Below are positions 12,951 through 26,432 of a stretch of 64,000 nt of DNA, piece after piece (the first letter of the stretch is position 1; each line of letters begins with the position of its first letter). The stretch spans positions 30,380,001 through 30,444,000 of the forward strand of contig OX597822.1 of the NCBI GenBank assembly GCA_951406725.2. The letters run 5' to 3'. Position numbers and translations under genes: made by a program. This DNA comes from Octopus vulgaris. Its lineage: Eukaryota. The notes beneath the pieces were generated by a model. That model was not told where the DNA came from and did not search any database. It saw only the letters and a program-made list of their open reading frames with translations.

Positions 12951-13350
12951 ATCACGTCACGTGACCGACCAGGCTATCAGATGTTGCTACACATCGCTGG
13001 TCACAATGCGCTTCGCATTGTTTTAGCATTCAATGACGCAACCCTGCTGGCTAAGCGAGCAGGCCTACAGAAGAAAGAGTGAGAGATAGTTGCAGAGAAA
13101 GAGTACAGCAGGGATCGCCACCACCTCCTGCCAGAACCTCGTAGAGCTTTAGGTGTTTTCGCTCAATAAACACTCGCAATCCCTGCTGTACTCTTTCGCC
13201 GCAACTATCTCTCACTCTTTCTTCTGTAGGCCTGCTCGCTTAGCGAGCGGGGTGGCGTCATTTGAAGGCTAAAACAATGCGAAGTGCATTGGGACCAGCG
13301 ATGTGTAGCAACATCTGATAGCCTGGTCGGTCACGGTGCTCACGGTGATA
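12951..13350. repeat. Inverted dimer of a SINE type A variant (tails outward)
   Basis: 12951-13115 is the reverse complement of about 13180-13350; the same tail occurs at 5508-5620. Confidence 0.85.
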
Positions 13351-13431
13351 TGTATCTATATACATGTATAATCATAGATGTATATGCAAAGATATATATG
13401 TATCTATATAGTTATATACAGAGATTTATAC

Positions 13432-13476
<45 letters not shown>

Positions 13477-13484
13477 TCTATATC

Positions 13485-13522
<38 letters not shown>

Positions 13523-13737
13523 TCTATATCTATATATATGTATATATATAGATTTATTGATCTATCTATAGATTTATATGTATCCATATGCATATATATA
13601 TATATATATATCCGTTTACATGCATGTATATTTGTAGATGTATATATATATATATGTATACATATATTGATATATACATATATATGTATATATACTTATA
13701 TATATATATATATATATACACTTTACTTCGATGTTTT

Positions 13738-15775
13738 GATAAGTTTCAACCCTGGCCATGTTAAGTTAATAGCACCACCTAGCATTCATTCAAATCAGGA
13801 ATCGCACAACATTGCCCATTCAAGGAGAGAGTTGGTGTTTTGGGAGACGTTTCCGGGTGTAGGAGGTTTATATGGCTGTTTTTGAAGAAATTTGTCCATA
13901 GAGTATGATTCATGTTGTGGTCGGGTAGTACAGCTTCCAAGTCTTGTTTGTATCTTAAAGGTGATGCGAACATCATTTGAGCAATGTTGATGGAATATTT
14001 TCCACATCACACAGATGATGTAGCGCTCACAGCAGCGTTGGTGAGAATAAAACTTGAGCCTTTCTAGTCGACCCCCAATTGCCAAATCCTGTGATGCCAT
14101 CTATTTCTTTTGTAATTGATCTTTTAGTTGCTTCAATTTTCATGATACTTCGTGTGGGGAGACCACAGTGGACAACAGTATTCAAGATGGGGTGGGGCAA
14201 AAGTAGAGAAGAGAAGGATAATTGTTTGGATATCTCTAGACCGGAAAGTTCTGAGAATCAAGGTGTAAATTCTGCAGGTCATGTCAACTTTGCTATTTAT
14301 ATGAGAGGCCCAGATTATGTGGTACTTCCGAGTGTCTGATGTTGGATACGATGAGAGTTTCACCTGAAGTAAAGGAGTGCGGGAGTTTCAGGGTATCCTC
14401 TTTTCCGAAGTGGATTAATTCAAATTTGTCCTTGTTCAGCAGTATATTATTCTTTTCCGCCCATTAGATAATGGCCAGTAGATCTGACTAAAGGCATGCC
14501 TGGGTCACCCACTTCATTGATGACCTTTTGGATCTTGGAAGCATCTGCAAAGATTCTTATGTTACTGTGCATGATGGTGTGAGTAATGTCATTGATATGG
14601 ATAATAAATAGAAGTGAGCCCAACACAATGCCTTGGAATACCACTAGTGACTTTGGCTGGGCTAGATTTTACTCCTTCGACTACAACCCTTGATCCATTG
14701 TAGTAATTTTCCAGAGACACCAGTATTGGATTGTTTTTTCAAGAAGATCTTATGATGCACCCTGTTAAAGGCCTTGCTGAAATCAAGGTAGATGACATTC
14801 GTATTCTAGCCCTCTCCCAAAGCTCTCAAAATGTTATCAAGTTGATGGAGGACCTGCGTTAGGCAGTTCCTTCCATTACGGAATCCATGTTGGTTGGGGT
14901 TCAGCAGTCTGTTGCTTTCAAGGAATTAGGTTATCCGTGATCTCACCACCTTCTCAAATACTTTTATGATAGGAAAGGTGAACGAGATCGGCCGGTAGTT
15001 CAGTGCAAGGGACTTGTTTCCCTTTTTAAAACTGGGACAACAGGCTGGGACAGAAAATTTTGAGGAATATAACCAGCGTCCAATGAGTTCCTCCACAGAT
15101 TAGCAAGAGGAGATGCAAGTTGGTGTCGACACACTTTCTGGACACAATAAAGGAACCTATCAGGGCCTACTGCTGAATTGCTTTTAATTTAGTTTATTGC
15201 CGCTAAGACATCAGGGGCGCTAAGCAATATGTTCGATATAGTTTGTTGAAGATTAACATCGCTGATACAGTCTAGACCGATCATATCAGGATTGCTAACA
15301 ACCAGAGTAGTACTGTTTCTGCAGTATCTCACTCATGGTTTTGGCATTATCTTGGAGATTGCCAGCAGTGGAGACAGTGACCTTGTGTTTTTTCGCAAAA
15401 GAGAACACTTTGGAGTTCAGTTTGATTTTCTCAACAGCCCATTTCTCCTCAGGTATTTTATGGTTATTGATGAGGGTCTTCGTGAATTGTTGGTGGTTAT
15501 ATTTTTTTGATTCGAGCAGGCTGATAGCCGTCGAATTTATGTGTAACTGTTGGTAGTATATCAGTTTGCAAATTTTTTTGTTTGTTCTTTTTATTTTTCT
15601 GATAATCGTTTTTTTCTGTTTTGGGGAATTCTGCACTTAGTTTTCTTCACAGTTCTTGATGGTGTATGTTTAGCACATATGTTTGTGACAGTATCCACAA
15701 AGATCTGCCAAGATATTTTGATGCTTGAGGCGGTGTGTGTATATGTGAAAGACCAGTCAGCATGTGATAGATCGT
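13738..15775 (-). mobile_element. Degraded CR1-like LINE (RT domain to 3' end)
   Basis: Fragments NPNQHGFRNGR, YLDFSKAF, QGIVLGSLLFIIHINDI, IFADASKI, LEYCCPLWSP, RLKFYSHQRCCERYII; many stops and frameshifts. Confidence 0.88.
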
Positions 15776-15778
15776 CTA

Positions 15779-15875
<97 letters not shown>

Positions 15876-15994
15876 TGTGTTTGTGTAGGTGTGAGTGCGT
15901 GTGTATATATATGTATATATTATTTCATTCTTTTATTTGTTTCAGTCATTTGACTGCGGCAAAGGTGGACCAGCATATATATATATGTATATAG

Positions 15995-16110
<116 letters not shown>

Positions 16111-16402
16111 TGTGTATATGAATATATGTATGCATGTATAATCAACCGAAATTGCGAAGATAGTCTGGTACTCTGCTGAGGAAAGAAAACTTCGAATGAC
16201 TCGTCCTTGTTTTCTTTGTATCGTCTATCTGGATGTTTTGTTGTCCCATTTTTGTATCACCTAGCTGTCCAGATGTTTTGCGTTCTTGTCCTATTTTGTA
16301 ATATATATATATATATATATATATATACTTTGATACTTTGATACTTTGATAGGTTTCGGCCATTATTGGCCCAGGCCATGTCTAACTTAATAGCACCACC
16401 TG

Positions 16403-16450
<48 letters not shown>

Positions 16451-17286
16451 TAGAGACAGAGAGACAGAGAGAGAGAGATGGGGGAGAGAGATAGATAGAG
16501 AGAGAGAGCTGATGATGCTATTAGACCTGTTGAACTATCTATGTTACTGCTGTTAATATTATCAATTAAAAACATTCACTGCTGATGATATTAACAATAG
16601 TAACATTCTACTTCGAGTGTAAATACGCGAATGTTTTTGCCCATATATATATCTTGCACCACGTGGATCGGCTTGGCGCAAAACAAGCCATAACACTTGC
16701 AAAATCGTTAGCGCGTCGAATAAAATGCCATGCATTATTTGTTCTGATTCTTTACGTCCTGTGTTTAAATATTGCCGAGGTCAACTTTGACTTTCGGGTT
16801 TTTTGTGAAGGTCCTTCAAATAAAGTAGTAGTTGATTAAATCCACGCATTCGAATTTATCAACTACGTTGTATGACTGTTCAAAATATTAACGTCTTTAT
16901 AATTGTGTGTTTATATTACAATTCATTTTACATTACTTAATACGCACATGCACACGAACTAAGAACTACGCACGCACGTGCACACAGACACAGACACACA
17001 CACACACAGACACACACAAACATACACACACATGCACACGCACACACACACACACGTGTGCTGTCCCTCCTCTCCGCTCGCAGAAATTATCGTACAAGTG
17101 TACACAGGAGCACATCGATTAGTGGCTGTAACCGAATCGCTCCTCAAGAATTGCTTGTACCATAAAGCTGCTGGTATCATTAGCGTTATCGGATAGGGTA
17201 GTATAATTTGCGATGAAAGGGATACTTTTATACTTAAATTTAGACGACTGTAAGGTCCTTGTACGGCTATGGCAAATGTTTTCATT

Positions 17287-17323
<37 letters not shown>

Positions 17324-17751
17324 AATGTATATATGGTCAGTTTAACGGCTGTTTGTTGAGTGGTTCAAAGGAAAACAAAGTGAACTTTTTTTATATCTCG
17401 TACTAAGGGGAATTCGTGACAAGCAGCAAGAGGAAGATTATTTTGCTTGTTGTTTTTCTTTTTGTTTTTTTTGCATCCACTTAAGTAATAAGAATACAGT
17501 TGGTTTCAATGACACGTAAACTAGCTCAACTCATATCTCTTGTCTGCGACTTACAGATATCGCTTGGGAGATTTATTTCAAAGTGGGTAGCACTTACTTT
17601 CTCATTTTCTTTTTTTTTTTTTTTTGCTTTGTTTAAGTGATTTTTTTTTTAGGGTTTTATTATCAACTATTAGTTCATTTTTGAAATCAAGATACGTAAA
17701 TGTCTCTAGTTGCGTTGACGTCTAAAGCTAAAATATGGCCTGCATCATATT

Positions 17752-17835
<84 letters not shown>
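17752..17835. repeat. (CTAT)n microsatellite
   Basis: Direct reading; similar tracts at 20517-20595 and 59376-59480. Confidence 0.97.
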
Positions 17836-17977
17836 CTATCTGTCTACCTTTCTGTCTCTCTATCTATCTATTTTCATATATATACTGTGTGTATGTGTAT
17901 ATATATATGTGTGTATTTGTGTATACACACATACACGTACATAAATACATACATACATATATATACATATATGAATG

Positions 17978-18055
<78 letters not shown>

Positions 18056-18097
18056 GAGATGAGAGAGTTGGTATGTGAAAGCACGTGGTTGGATGTA

Positions 18098-18316
18098 TAA
18101 AAGACAAAATAGAGTGAAAAAACTACAGAAGACTTGTGTTATATGGTTAAAGAACGTATTTAAATCGTTATGTTAGAAAAAAGGTTATAAAATTTTGCGT
18201 ATAGTAACATTGTTACGCAAAATTTTATAACCTTTTTTCTAACAACGATCTAAATATTTTCTTTAAGCATATAACACAAGACTTTCGTAGTTTTTTCATC
18301 CTATTTTGTCTTTTAA
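18098..18316. repeat. Imperfect long palindrome with arms of about 100 bp
   Basis: TGTTAGAAAAAAGGTTATAAAATTTTGCGTA versus TACGCAAAATTTTATAACCTTTTTTCTAACA, extending out to AAAAGACAAAATAG/CTATTTTGTCTTTT. Confidence 0.85.
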
Positions 18317-18724
18317 ATGTTAAGGTAGATACAAAAATTTAACATTAAACAAAGTTACTTAAAACATGTTAATGGAGTATATGTATTTATTAAGTTTTAG
18401 AAGGAAAAGGTTGATAGCGAAATCAAAGTTTTAGCTTTCTTACTTAAGACCATGATTTATGTTGATACTGCTGGGGTTTATATAATGTTTGGCAGTTTGT
18501 ATTTTTATAGGTGGATCAGTGTGTATGATTACTGGGCGAATGCTTGTACATAATACAATTGGTCACACAAAATAGATTTGAATGACGTTAAATATCATGT
18601 TGGTGTTACTAGCTTTCTATGAAGAAAATTTTAAACAGAATTTTTTAGGAATTATTGGATTCAAGAGATTATGTTACGATAAAGGTTTTAGCTGTCTATA
18701 ATCTGTTTCTTCTTTATCTTTCAT

Positions 18725-19115
18725 CTTTTACTTGTTCCGGTCATTAGACTGCGGCCAGGTTGGGGCAATGCCTTCCAGAATTTTTTGTCGAATGAATCGA
18801 CCCCAGTACTTTTAAATTTTTTTAAAGCTTGGTAGTATTTTATCGATCTCTTTCCCGAACCGTTAATTTATGGGGACGCAAATACACCGGTTGTCAAGCG
18901 ATGGTGGGGGACAAAGACACGAATTTATTGAAATATATATACACATATATACGACGGGTGTCTTTCAGTGTCTGTCTACCAAAGCCATTGGCAAGGCTTT
19001 AGTTGGCCAGAAGCTATAGTAAAAGGCACTTGCCCAAAGTGCCACGCAATGAGACTGAAACCTGAACCTTGTGGCTGCGAAGCAACTTCTTACCACACAA
19101 CCACAACTGCGCCTA
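18725..19115 (-). mobile_element. SINE type B, diverged full length
   Basis: Colinear with 20620-21010. Confidence 0.8.
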
Positions 19116-19482
19116 GCTATTTATATTTTATTAGATGAGTGTTGACAAATGCATGCGTGTAAATACTGTCCGTTTCCTATAATTCCAGATTAATACATAA
19201 GGATGATGCTTTTTCCATAAATATTTGAGTCTATAAGAATGTATAAATGTATAGACAATATACCAATACATATATATGCAAGAGTATCTATGTAAGTATC
19301 TATGCAGGTACATTCATACACATACATATATACATATACAAACATACATACACAAAGTCAGAATCAACAACTCATATACCTCACCCGTATATATATACAT
19401 ATACATATGTATATATTAGATAATAAAACGAATGATTTATGCCTGGTAGCTTATTGGAAAAGCACGATCACAATATATATAT

Positions 19483-19849
19483 ATAAGCAAAATAAGATAG
19501 AAAGTGCTAAATTAACTTTATCATTAAGAACATTTTAGTACCGGTTTCAGTCTATACGACTTTTTCAACATAAAGTAGGGCATGAAAAACAATTAAATTG
19601 TGGAAAAATGAAATGAAATGTTTTTTAAAGAACATTTCATTTCATTTTTCAAATATTTAAAAAAAAAAACCATCTAATTTAATTTTTTAAATATTAAAAA
19701 AAAAATTTCATTTAATTTTTCGACAATTTAATTTTTTTTCATGCTTTACGCTCTAAGTTGAAAAAGTCGCAAAGTCTGAAACCGGTACTAAAATGTTGTT
19801 CATGATAATATTATTTTAGCATTTTCTACCTTGTCTTATTTTGCTTATA
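19483..19849. repeat. Imperfect long palindrome with degenerate hammerhead-like motifs in the arms
   Basis: AACATTTTAGTACCGGTTTCAG versus CTGAAACCGGTACTAAAATGTT; outer ends ATAAGCAAAATAAGA/TCTTATTTTGCTTAT. Confidence 0.85.
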
Positions 19850-20516
19850 CATGTCAACTCGTGGTTCCTTTTCAACCTTCTACAACGGAAATATTGCAAA
19901 AACATAACAAACAGAAAATGTGTAGCTTGTCACTCAACTGGAGACTAGAGAAGGAAAGATAGAAAGTCAGAACGAAGAAAGAATCAAAGAATTGGGGAGG
20001 AAAAGGGAGAGAAAGAGAATGGCACAGAGCAAAGGAAAGGCAAAGAATGAGAAAGCCACACAAACAGATGTCGCACAGAAAAATATTCTTAGAATATTTT
20101 ACGAATGAGTAAAAAATCAGGAATGCGTAGCGTTATATAAACATATTTCAAAAATTTAACGTAAACACAACGAACGTAGATATTCCAAAAGCATAACAAA
20201 CGAAAAATGTGTGGCATATTCTATATTCTATTATGACCTGAATATGACACAAATTTACATATTTACTTCCACGCCTCACTGATCATAAAGCAATAAAAAA
20301 AACCCTACATCAAACCGAAATAGATCACTTAATATAACTTTATATCAATTCACACCTTATAAACACATTTACATTCTATCCTCTTCTACTCCATTACTTC
20401 ATATAGACTACCTATACGGCATCTAATTACCATTCCCATTATTTCACCTATCAAAAAATCAGCCTTCTAAGGATATATACCCGCCACCCAACAAAAAAAT
20501 GAAGCCATTCAGTCTC

Positions 20517-20594
<78 letters not shown>

Positions 20595-20619
20595 ATTTCT
20601 TTCTTTCTTTCTTTTTTCT

Positions 20620-21011
20620 TTTACTTGTTTCAGTCATTTGACTGCGGCCATGCTGGAGCACCGCCTTTAGTCGAGCAAATCGACCCCGGGACTTATTCTT
20701 TGTAAGCCCAGTACTTATTCTATCGGTTTTGCCGAACCGCTAAGTGACGGGGACGTAAACACACCAGCATCGGTTGTCATGCAATGCTAGGGGGACAAAC
20801 ACAGACACACAAACACACACACATACATATATATATATATACATATATACGACAGGCTTCTTTCAGTTTCCGTCTACCAAATCCACTCACAAGGCATTGG
20901 TCGACCCGGGGCTATAGCAGAAGACACTTGCCCAAGATGCCACGCAGTGGACTGAACCCGGAACCATGTGGTTGGTAAGCAAGCTACTTACCACACAGCC
21001 ACTCCTGCGCC
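20620..21011 (-). mobile_element. tRNA-like SINE type B, full length
   Basis: Near-identical reverse complement of 30776-31190. Confidence 0.92.
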
Positions 21012-21022
21012 TTATGTATGTG

Positions 21023-21059
<37 letters not shown>

Positions 21060-21062
21060 GGG

Positions 21063-21119
<57 letters not shown>

Positions 21120-21273
21120 GGGTGTGTGTGATTGTGTATAGAAGAACATATTAATAAACGGAGTTTCAACCTTGTCTGATTTTTACGTTTTATTTACAAT
21201 CTTATAGTGATATAATATAATATAATATAATAAAATAAAATAAAATAATAGAATGTTAAATGTTCATTCTGAT

Positions 21274-21318
21274 TGAACTAGTACTTTCATGCATTAAATT
21301 CTGCAATCTTCAGGTTCA
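21274..21318 (-). ncRNA. Type I hammerhead ribozyme motif (left arm of palindrome)
   Basis: Mirror image of 21463-21507. Confidence 0.7.
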
Positions 21319-21462
21319 TGTAGTAGTGGTGACAGTCATGCTTCACAATTTTTGACTGTAGCGAGATGATTAAATCTGTGCCTTAAATACTGTATTTAAG
21401 GCACAGATTTAATCATCTCGCTACAGTAAAAATTGTGAAGCATGACTGTCACCACTACTACA

Positions 21463-21507
21463 TGAACCTGAAGATTGCAGAATTTAATGCATGAAAGTAC
21501 TAGTTCA
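21463..21507 (+). ncRNA. Type I hammerhead ribozyme motif (right arm of palindrome)
   Basis: TGAAC-CTGAAGA-TTGCAGAATTTAATGCAT-GAAA-GTAC-TA-GTTCA; stem I TGAAC/GTTCA; self-complementary stem III AGTACT. Confidence 0.72.
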
Positions 21508-21710
21508 ATCAGAATGATCATTTAACATTCTGTTATTTTATTTTATTATATTATATTATCTTATAGTATATCATTATAAGATTGTAAATAAAACGTAAAA
21601 ATTAGACAAGGCTGGAACTCCTTTTATTAATATATATATATGTAGTGGACGCTGGAAAAAGTATAAGTATTTGTGAAGGAAATCTAATTCTCGCCGACAA
21701 CTATGATTGT

Positions 21711-21755
21711 CACACGCTGACGAGAGGTCAATACCTCGAAACTCGAGTCCGTGTG
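21711..21755 (+). ncRNA. Canonical type I hammerhead ribozyme motif (GUC site)
   Basis: CACACG-CTGACGA-GAGGT CAAT ACCTC-GAAA-CTCGAG-TC-CGTGTG: 6-bp stem I, 5-bp stem II, palindromic stem III; predicted cleavage after 21749. Confidence 0.9.
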
Positions 21756-21915
21756 TATCATAAGTTGAAGACGGGAAGGATGACTTCCCTTTGCAAATAC
21801 TGACAGGACACAGAAAGTGTGTCTATGGCCAGCTGGAGGAGTGTGTCCTCCTGGGGCTAAAAACTACAGTAGCATCCACCCTTAGGGGTAGCCATATTGA
21901 GATGGCAAATATACG

Positions 21916-21953
<38 letters not shown>

Positions 21954-22281
21954 TGAAATACACAATGGGACAAGAAAGCAAATCATCCGGACAGCTAGGT
22001 CATACAAAAAGGGGCAACAAAACATCCAGATAGACGATACAAAGAAAACAAGGACGGGTCATTGGAAGCCCTCTATCCTCAGTGAAGCATCAGATTATCC
22101 TCGCAATTTCGGCTGATTATTGTTGAGATTGATCCAATCTGGCCAGCCCTAAGGAAAAACTAAGTTAACAGCATTAGATTCCTTGGAAGAATGCAACGAA
22201 TATATACAAAAAACAAGGACGGAAAAAACGGACAAAGTTACACAAATATAAATACAATAAAAATAATAACATAATATATAT

Positions 22282-22440
22282 AGTGGCTGTGTGGAAAGTA
22301 GCTTGTTTACCAGCCACACGGTTCCGGGTTCAGTCCCACTGCGTGGCACCTTGGGACAGTGTCTTCTACTATAGCCTCGGGCCGACCAAAGCCTTGTGAG
22401 TGGATTTGGTAGACGGAAACTGAAAGAAGCCCGTCGTATA

Positions 22441-22482
<42 letters not shown>

Positions 22483-22693
22483 TGTGTGTGTTTTTGTGTC
22501 TGTGTTTGTCCCCCCAGCATTGCTTGACAACCGATGCTGGTGTGTTTACGTCCCCGTTGCTTAGCGGTTCGGCAAAAGAGACCGATAGAATAAGTACTGG
22601 GCTTACAAAAGAATAAGTCCCGGAGTCGAGTTGCTCGACTAAAGGCGGTGCTCCAGCATGGCCGCAGTCAAATGACTGAAACAAGTAAAAGAG
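22282..22693 (+). mobile_element. SINE type B
   Basis: Head to tail GGCGGTGCTCCAGCATGGCCGCAGTCAAATGACTGAAACAAGTAAAAGAG. Confidence 0.92.
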
Positions 22694-22939
22694 TATATAT
22701 ATCAAAATGACGTGTTCGACATCTGGGCAGTACCATTCAATCCGGTGGAGTCAACAGCACTGAAATAAGAGTTGTTTGGGAACAAACATACCAAACAAAC
22801 TTTGAAACACATTTACCTTATGTACAACAGTATCAGTAAAAAAATTCAGTAAGTAAATCAATAACCAACTCTTAAATATGTAACTAAACAGAAACCAAAC
22901 ATTTTATTCCCTTCAATCATCCATAGTATAATATAGAAG

Positions 22940-23324
22940 TGGAAGTTCTCCGTCGGTTACGACGATGAGGGTTCCGGTTGATCCGAATCAACGGAACAGC
23001 CTGCTCGTGAAATTAACGTGTAAGTGGCTGAGCACTCCACAGACACGTGTACCTTTAACGTAGTTCTCGGGGATATTCAGCGTGACATAGAGAGTGACAA
23101 GGCCGGCCCTTTGAAATACAGGTACAACAGAAACAGGAAGAAAGAGTGAGAGAAAGTTGTGGTGAAAGAGCACAGCAGGGATCACCACCATCCCCTGCCG
23201 GAGCCTCGTGGAGCTTTAGGTGTTTTCGCTCAATAAACACTCACAACGTCCGGTCTGGGAATCGAAACCGCGATCCTACGACCGCGAGTCCGCTGCCCTA
23301 ACCACTGGGCCATTGCGCCTCCAC
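22940..23324 (-). mobile_element. SINE type A, full length
   Basis: Reverse complement of 53439-53820. Confidence 0.92.
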
Positions 23325-23448
23325 AATATAGTAGTAAAAACGTAATAACCGCATTCATTCAATATAAATATAGGCAATATCTATCTATATATATATGTAT
23401 TTATATATGCATTGTATATATGCATTGTATATATGCATTGTATGTATG

Positions 23449-23492
<44 letters not shown>

Positions 23493-23849
23493 GGGTGAAG
23501 ACTCTCTTCAGTCATAAGTGACCATGCGATTGCACCTAGAAAGTTCCCCTCTAAGACACAAGCCCATGCAAGGTTGTTTTATGGAAGACCAGTAGTCACC
23601 AATGCAAACCAGCCTCCCCGCTCCACGACACTGATGTTGTCCAAGGGAAAGGCAAAGGCCGATACAGCTTCGCACCTTGAAGTAGCAACTCATTTCTACA
23701 GCTGAGTGAACTGAAGAATTGTGCAAAAAGTGTGCTGCTCAAGAACATAACGCACAGCCCGATCCGTGAATCGAACTCACTACCTCATGATTGTGAGCCA
23801 GACGCTCTAATCATACATATATATAGGTTTACATGTCTATGCATGTGTG

Positions 23850-23919
<70 letters not shown>

Positions 23920-23964
23920 TGTGTGTGTGTTTATATATGTATGAATACCTACCTGCCAACATAC

Positions 23965-24300
23965 AAAGTTCTATATTTAAGAGATGAGGAATTATGTATA
24001 TTATTTACATTATTTACATTTGGCGGATGTTTGTCCTCATCTTTTTGTTGTTAACACATTTTGGCTGATATACCCTCCAGCCTTCATCAGGTGTCTTGGC
24101 GAAATTTCGAACATGGATTCTCATTCCTAAGGTATTTTTCGATTTTATTATTATCTTTTTTATTCATGTCAGTGCTTGTAATCAAACTCAGAATCTTGGG
24201 GTTAGTAGCCCGAGCTCTTAACCACTACTGCATATGCCCGTGGGAAATTACGGAGTGAATTTTAGGGCTTATAAATGTAATATTTTCCTATCCTTCCTTA
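23965..24300 (-). mobile_element. tRNA-promoter/hammerhead short element (copy 1, core partly decayed)
   Basis: Reverse complement of the 40900-41280 family. Confidence 0.8.
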
Positions 24301-24304
24301 ATAC

Positions 24305-24535
24305 CTCTTTCTTTACTACCCACAAGGGGCTAAACACAGAGAGGACAAACAAAGACGGACAAATGGATTAAGTCGATTATATGGACCCCAGTGTGTAACT
24401 GGTACTTATTTAATCGACCCCGAAAAGATGAAAGGCAAAGTCGACCTCGGCGGAATTTGAACTCAGAACGTAGCGGCAGACGAAATACTCCTAACCATTT
24501 CGCCCGGCGTGCTAACGTTTCTGCCAGATCGTCGC
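24305..24535 (-). mobile_element. SINE type C (Meta-domain-like)
   Basis: Reverse complement of 41688-41915. Confidence 0.88.
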
Positions 24536-25316
24536 CTTGATACCGGTTCCCATATACTACTCATATCTGCGCTAGGTCTGCTTAGGATGTTGTTGTGCCC
24601 TAACATATATGCTGCTTCTTTTAGTTTTCGTATTTTCCAGTGGTTTTCTCTGTCTATTATTTTAACTTCATCCCACAGGAGGAGGTGCTCTTCATTTTTT
24701 TCATACATGATCAGCTATACCCGATTTATCTCCTCGTGTCAGAGCTTTGCTATGTTCATCTACCCTTATTTTCAGGGGGCGGCATGTATTTTTTTTTTGT
24801 ATAACCTACCACAGCTGCATGGGATGGAGTACATGCTGTGTTTGGTCATATTCTCTTCTATTGGTGGTTTTACTCGCAGGAGATATTTGCGAAGTGTTGT
24901 ATTACACTTGAATACTGTCCTGATGTCATATGGGCCGCACATCTTTTGTATGTTTTCGGAGAGGCCTTTCACATAGGGTAGACAGACTGTGGACAATCTA
25001 TTGGTTTCATCGTCTCTTTTTTTTTTTCATAATTGGGGTGGGTAATATGCTTTTGGAGTAGTTGATGCTTAATAGATTGTTATTGACCTTGGTCATTTCT
25101 TCGTGGTGTGTATTACGATCGCTACTTATATTCTTTGCACGATGTTTTAGGCACTGAGCAATCTCTCTCTTTACGCTGTATGGATGGTGGGAAATTGAAG
25201 TTGAGGTGTCGTCCAATGAAGGTCGGCTTGCGGTATACGGATGTCCTGAATCCATACTTAGTGCGTGTTATTAATACGTCCAGGAATGCTAGCTGATTCT
25301 CTTTTTCCTTTTCCAT
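24536..25316 (-). mobile_element. Penelope-like element fragment (end of RT, linker, GIY-YIG endonuclease)
   Basis: LAFLDVLITR..TSVYRKPT, LPYVKGLSENIQK..VFKCNTTLRKYL, YSIPCSCGRLY, LWDEVKIIDRENHWKIRKLKEA; frameshifted. Confidence 0.92.
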
Positions 25317-26249
25317 TGTTTTTTTTTCCTTTTCCGTTGTGTTTTTCCTTTTCCATTGTCTGTTTCCCTTTCCATTGTCTTTTTACTATTCTAAGTGGTG
25401 TTAGATCATGTGACCCCTAAGAGTTAGTCACATTTAGGTGGCAAATATACTGCACGATATATAGAGTAAATCTACCCCCTCAAAAAAACCCCAAAAAACC
25501 CCAAACAAACGAAGAACAAACACAAAAAAACAACAACGCGTGGACGTAGTACATGCAAAGTATTAGCAGATGCTCAGGGAAGGAAAGAAGAGTAAAGCTG
25601 TAAAGCTCTTCTTCTGAAACAGGAGAGAGAGAAAAGTCCAAGAGAAAAGGAAGACGGAGGAAAAAAATAATCGCTAGCATTCACATGTCGTTACATCTTG
25701 AAATATATATATATATAATTGAATAAGATAGAGTCAACAAGGAGTACGGTTAGACAGTTATTTTCTAAATACTACACATGTTTCCATACAACAAATTTCT
25801 TCAGAGATACAGGAATTTTATTATGCAACGGTTTACCTGTAAAATGGAATACAGTTGTATTTCTTCAGGTGATATTCAATTGCTGTCCCCATTAGTTACA
25901 AAACCTTCGACTTCGATGCTAGTACATCCATCTGCCTTGCTTGAATTTAGTAGACGGCGGCAATTTCAAATCACTTACTGTTAACGCGTGCTTCTGCGTG
26001 TCTGGTATGAGTGTATTAGATGTTGTGGCTGTTTATTTTGTTCCTCATGTTAGCATGCATATGTGAAGTTTTATTATCCGACCTTCATTATTCGATGGTC
26101 CAGAGATACACATAGCCTCTCCCAGATATATATATTCATGCATGCATGCATGCCCATGTACACACGCAGATACACGCACATGCATATATATATATATAGA
26201 ACTATGTAAATTTAAATTAATGTATGTAGGAAGAAATCTGACATATATG

Positions 26250-26288
<39 letters not shown>

Positions 26289-26353
26289 ATGTGTGTGTGT
26301 GTGTGTATGTATATATATGCATATATATATATATATATACATACATACATACA

Positions 26354-26432
<79 letters not shown>

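Larger units (their letters stand above)
21149..21633. repeat. Near-perfect palindrome with arms of about 240 bp, centre at 21391
   Basis: ..TGTGCCTTAAATAC-T-GTATTTAAGGCACA.. with pairing continuing outward to TATTAATAAA/TTTATTAATA. Confidence 0.95.

Noticed and set aside
16165-16215. CTGAGGA/CTGATGA motif in a repeat family also at about 22050(-) and 40070
   Set aside because: Followed by CGAATGAC rather than GAAA-stem-UH; I could not build a hammerhead fold
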